Positions 62,463 to 64,000 of a DNA stretch of 64,000 bases are shown in pieces. The stretch covers positions 4,706 through 68,705 of the IMG/VR virus record IMGVR_UViG_3300023184_000101, one strand, 5' to 3'. The DNA is from a virus. How positions within the stretch are numbered: position 1 is the first letter of the stretch; every line of letters starts with the position of its first letter. The position numbers were made by a program, and so were the translations under genes. The notes under the pieces were generated by a model that was not told the origin of the DNA, searched no databases, and saw nothing but the letters and a program-made list of their open reading frames with translations.

Positions 62463-62517
62463 GACTATTTATGAATTAAAAGAAATAAAAAAATATAAAA
62501 AACAAAAATAAATAAAA

Positions 62518-64000
62518 ATGAGTTTTGATTATAAAAATCCCACATCAGACACCGTAGTTGCAGGTCCTTTTTCGGTAGAAAGGAGTTCGGATACAGGTGT
62601 CAATTTTAGTGTAAATACTGTTGGAGGTTATATGGAAGTATGGAACCTTTCAGATTTAGACTGGACAATCCCTACTGACATCTATGAAGGTGGTGGACAA
62701 GTACTATATTCTGGAAATAGTATTCCTATAAGCTTTATTTGTGGGGGATATGTGCCATATAGTCCACCGGTAATCAACCAATTGAATTTATTTAATGATG
62801 GTATTTCTTCGGGTAGAAGAAGACTTGGTATGCAAGTTTTTGTTCAAGAAACGGGTGAAGTTTATCAATATACAATACCAAACTATGCATCATTATGGAA
62901 TATAGCGGAGTTAGACGGTGATATTACTCAATTAGACTATGGTTATCAAGTTTTAAATATTGGAGCTGGTGGGACTGCTCTTATGAACGCTTGGACTGGG
63001 TCAACAATTGAAGGAGTTAGTGGTGTGACAAGAGAAAATGCGAGATGGAGAATCTTTCACGGAGATGATATTCAAATAACAGGGGGTACTTATTATTCTG
63101 CAACAACAACTTTAGATTTATTTAACAATACTGGGGGTACAATATCAATCACAGGGTTTACAGGTACCGTAACAGGAGGGACATATAATAGTGGAAGTTC
63201 AACTTTAACTTTAAATAATAGTGATGGTACTGAGGTATCAATCACAGGTATTACTTCAGGGTCAGGTTCAGCCTTATCCGTTGGAGATGGTACAACAACG
63301 GTAAATCCTGTATCAGGAATTACATTCAATGGCGCAACGGTAACTGATAATGGTAGTGGTAATATTACAGTAACAATAACAGGTGGAACTTCAGGTTCAT
63401 CAGGAACGGATGGTAGCTCAGGCTCATCGGGAACTTCTGGTTCATCAGGAACAGATGGTAGCTCAGGCTCATCGGGAACTTCAGGCTCATCAGGAACGGA
63501 TGGTAGCTCAGGTTCATCAGGAACGGATGGTAGCTCAGGCTCATCGGGAACTTCAGGTTCATCAGGAACGGATGGTAGTTCAGGTTCATCAGGAACTTCA
63601 GGTTCATCAGGAACGGATGGTAGCTCAGGCTCATCGGGAACTTCAGGCTCATCAGGAACAGATGGTAGTTCAGGTTCTTCGGGAACAAGTGGTAGCTCGG
63701 GAACATCAGGAATAAGTGGTGTTGATGGTACGGACGGTAGCTCAGGTTCTTCAGGAACAAGTGGTAGTTCAGGTTCTTCAGGAACGGATGGTAGCTCAGG
63801 TTCTTCAGGAACGGATGGTAGCTCAGGCTCATCGGGAACTTCAGGTTCTTCAGGAACGGATGGTAGTTCAGGTTCATCAGGAACTTCAGGTTCATCAGGA
63901 ACGGATGGTAGCTCAGGCTCATCGGGAACTTCTGGTTCATCAGGAACAGATGGTAGCTCAGGCTCATCGGGAACTTCAGGCTCATCAGGAACGGATGGTA
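62518..64000 (+). CDS. Collagen-like (Gly-X-Y) fibre protein, 3' truncated by window end; missing from the ORF track
   Basis: ATG at 62518 (MSFDYKNPTSD...GRRRLGMQVFVQET...) with the frame open to the window end. From 63385 it is continuous GSS/GTS/GTD triplets. Confidence 0.85.
   Translation, partial: MSFDYKNPTSDTVVAGPFSVERSSDTGVNFSVNTVGGYMEVWNLSDLDWTIPTDIYEGGGQVLYSGNSIPISFICGGYVPYSPPVINQLNLFNDGISSGRRRLGMQVFVQETGEVYQYTIPNYASLWNIAELDGDITQLDYGYQVLNIGAGGTALMNAWTGSTIEGVSGVTRENARWRIFHGDDIQITGGTYYSATTTLDLFNNTGGTISITGFTGTVTGGTYNSGSSTLTLNNSDGTEVSITGITSGSGSALSVGDGTTTVNPVSGITFNGATVTDNGSGNITVTITGGTSGSSGTDGSSGSSGTSGSSGTDGSSGSSGTSGSSGTDGSSGSSGTDGSSGSSGTSGSSGTDGSSGSSGTSGSSGTDGSSGSSGTSGSSGTDGSSGSSGTSGSSGTSGISGVDGTDGSSGSSGTSGSSGSSGTDGSSGSSGTDGSSGSSGTSGSSGTDGSSGSSGTSGSSGTDGSSGSSGTSGSSGTDGSSGSSGTSGSSGTDG
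63385..64000 (+). repeat. Gly-X-Y coding tandem repeat (9-nt units such as GGTTCATCA, GGAACGGAT, GGTAGCTCA)
   Basis: About 68 consecutive Gly-X-Y triplets visible in the window. Confidence 0.9.

Noticed and set aside
63365-63985. 206 aa reverse-strand repeat ORF and 110 aa alternative-frame ORF (63383..63715)
   Set aside because: They are shadows of the Gly-X-Y repeat. The real frame starts at ATG 62518 and runs off the window.
60900-64000. Possible CRISPR array or non-coding satellite
   Set aside because: Repeat units are multiples of 3 nt, lie in open frames and have no unique spacers.
1-64000. Stop-codon reassignment as in some large phages
   Set aside because: The standard code gives long, tightly packed ORFs with no fragmentation.
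1-64000. tRNA, rRNA, integrase or transposase genes
   Set aside because: Intergenic gaps are short and AT-rich with no cloverleaf or rRNA-like sequence, and no recombinase or transposase motifs were seen.

Overview
This AT-rich, gene-dense 64 kb window is part of a large contractile-tailed (myovirus-type, distantly T4-like) bacteriophage genome. It uses the standard genetic code and nearly all stops are TAA. In order it contains: (1) a Thr/Pro-tailed small protein and a four-gene glycosyltransferase cluster (GT60/Gnt1-like, GT25, two HtrL/YibB-like); (2) a family B DNA polymerase; (3) a reverse-strand block with a neck protein, an Fe/Mn superoxide dismutase fusion and an SNF2 helicase; (4) neck, tail terminator, sheath, tube, chaperone, tape-measure and baseplate-hub genes; (5) a replication block (SSB, RecA/UvsX, 5'-3' exonuclease, DnaB-like helicase, class II RNR); (6) baseplate wedge and fibre or decoration genes, ending in an SprB-repeat protein, a mucin-like Thr/Pro protein and a proline-free Gly-X-Y collagen-like protein cut by the window edge. 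A Bacteroidota host is inferred from the SprB repeats, the lack of Shine-Dalgarno sequences and -33/-7-like promoters. The best candidate for an undescribed system is a phage-encoded protein O-glycosylation pathway acting on mucin-like and collagen-like virion proteins. Other notable signals are an SOD fused to a putative PD-(D/E)xK domain, a probable +1 frameshift in the tail chaperone, an OmpA-like domain inserted in a baseplate protein, and a strand-specific TATTTAT motif before about 19 genes. All family assignments come from recognising motifs by eye; no database searches were run.
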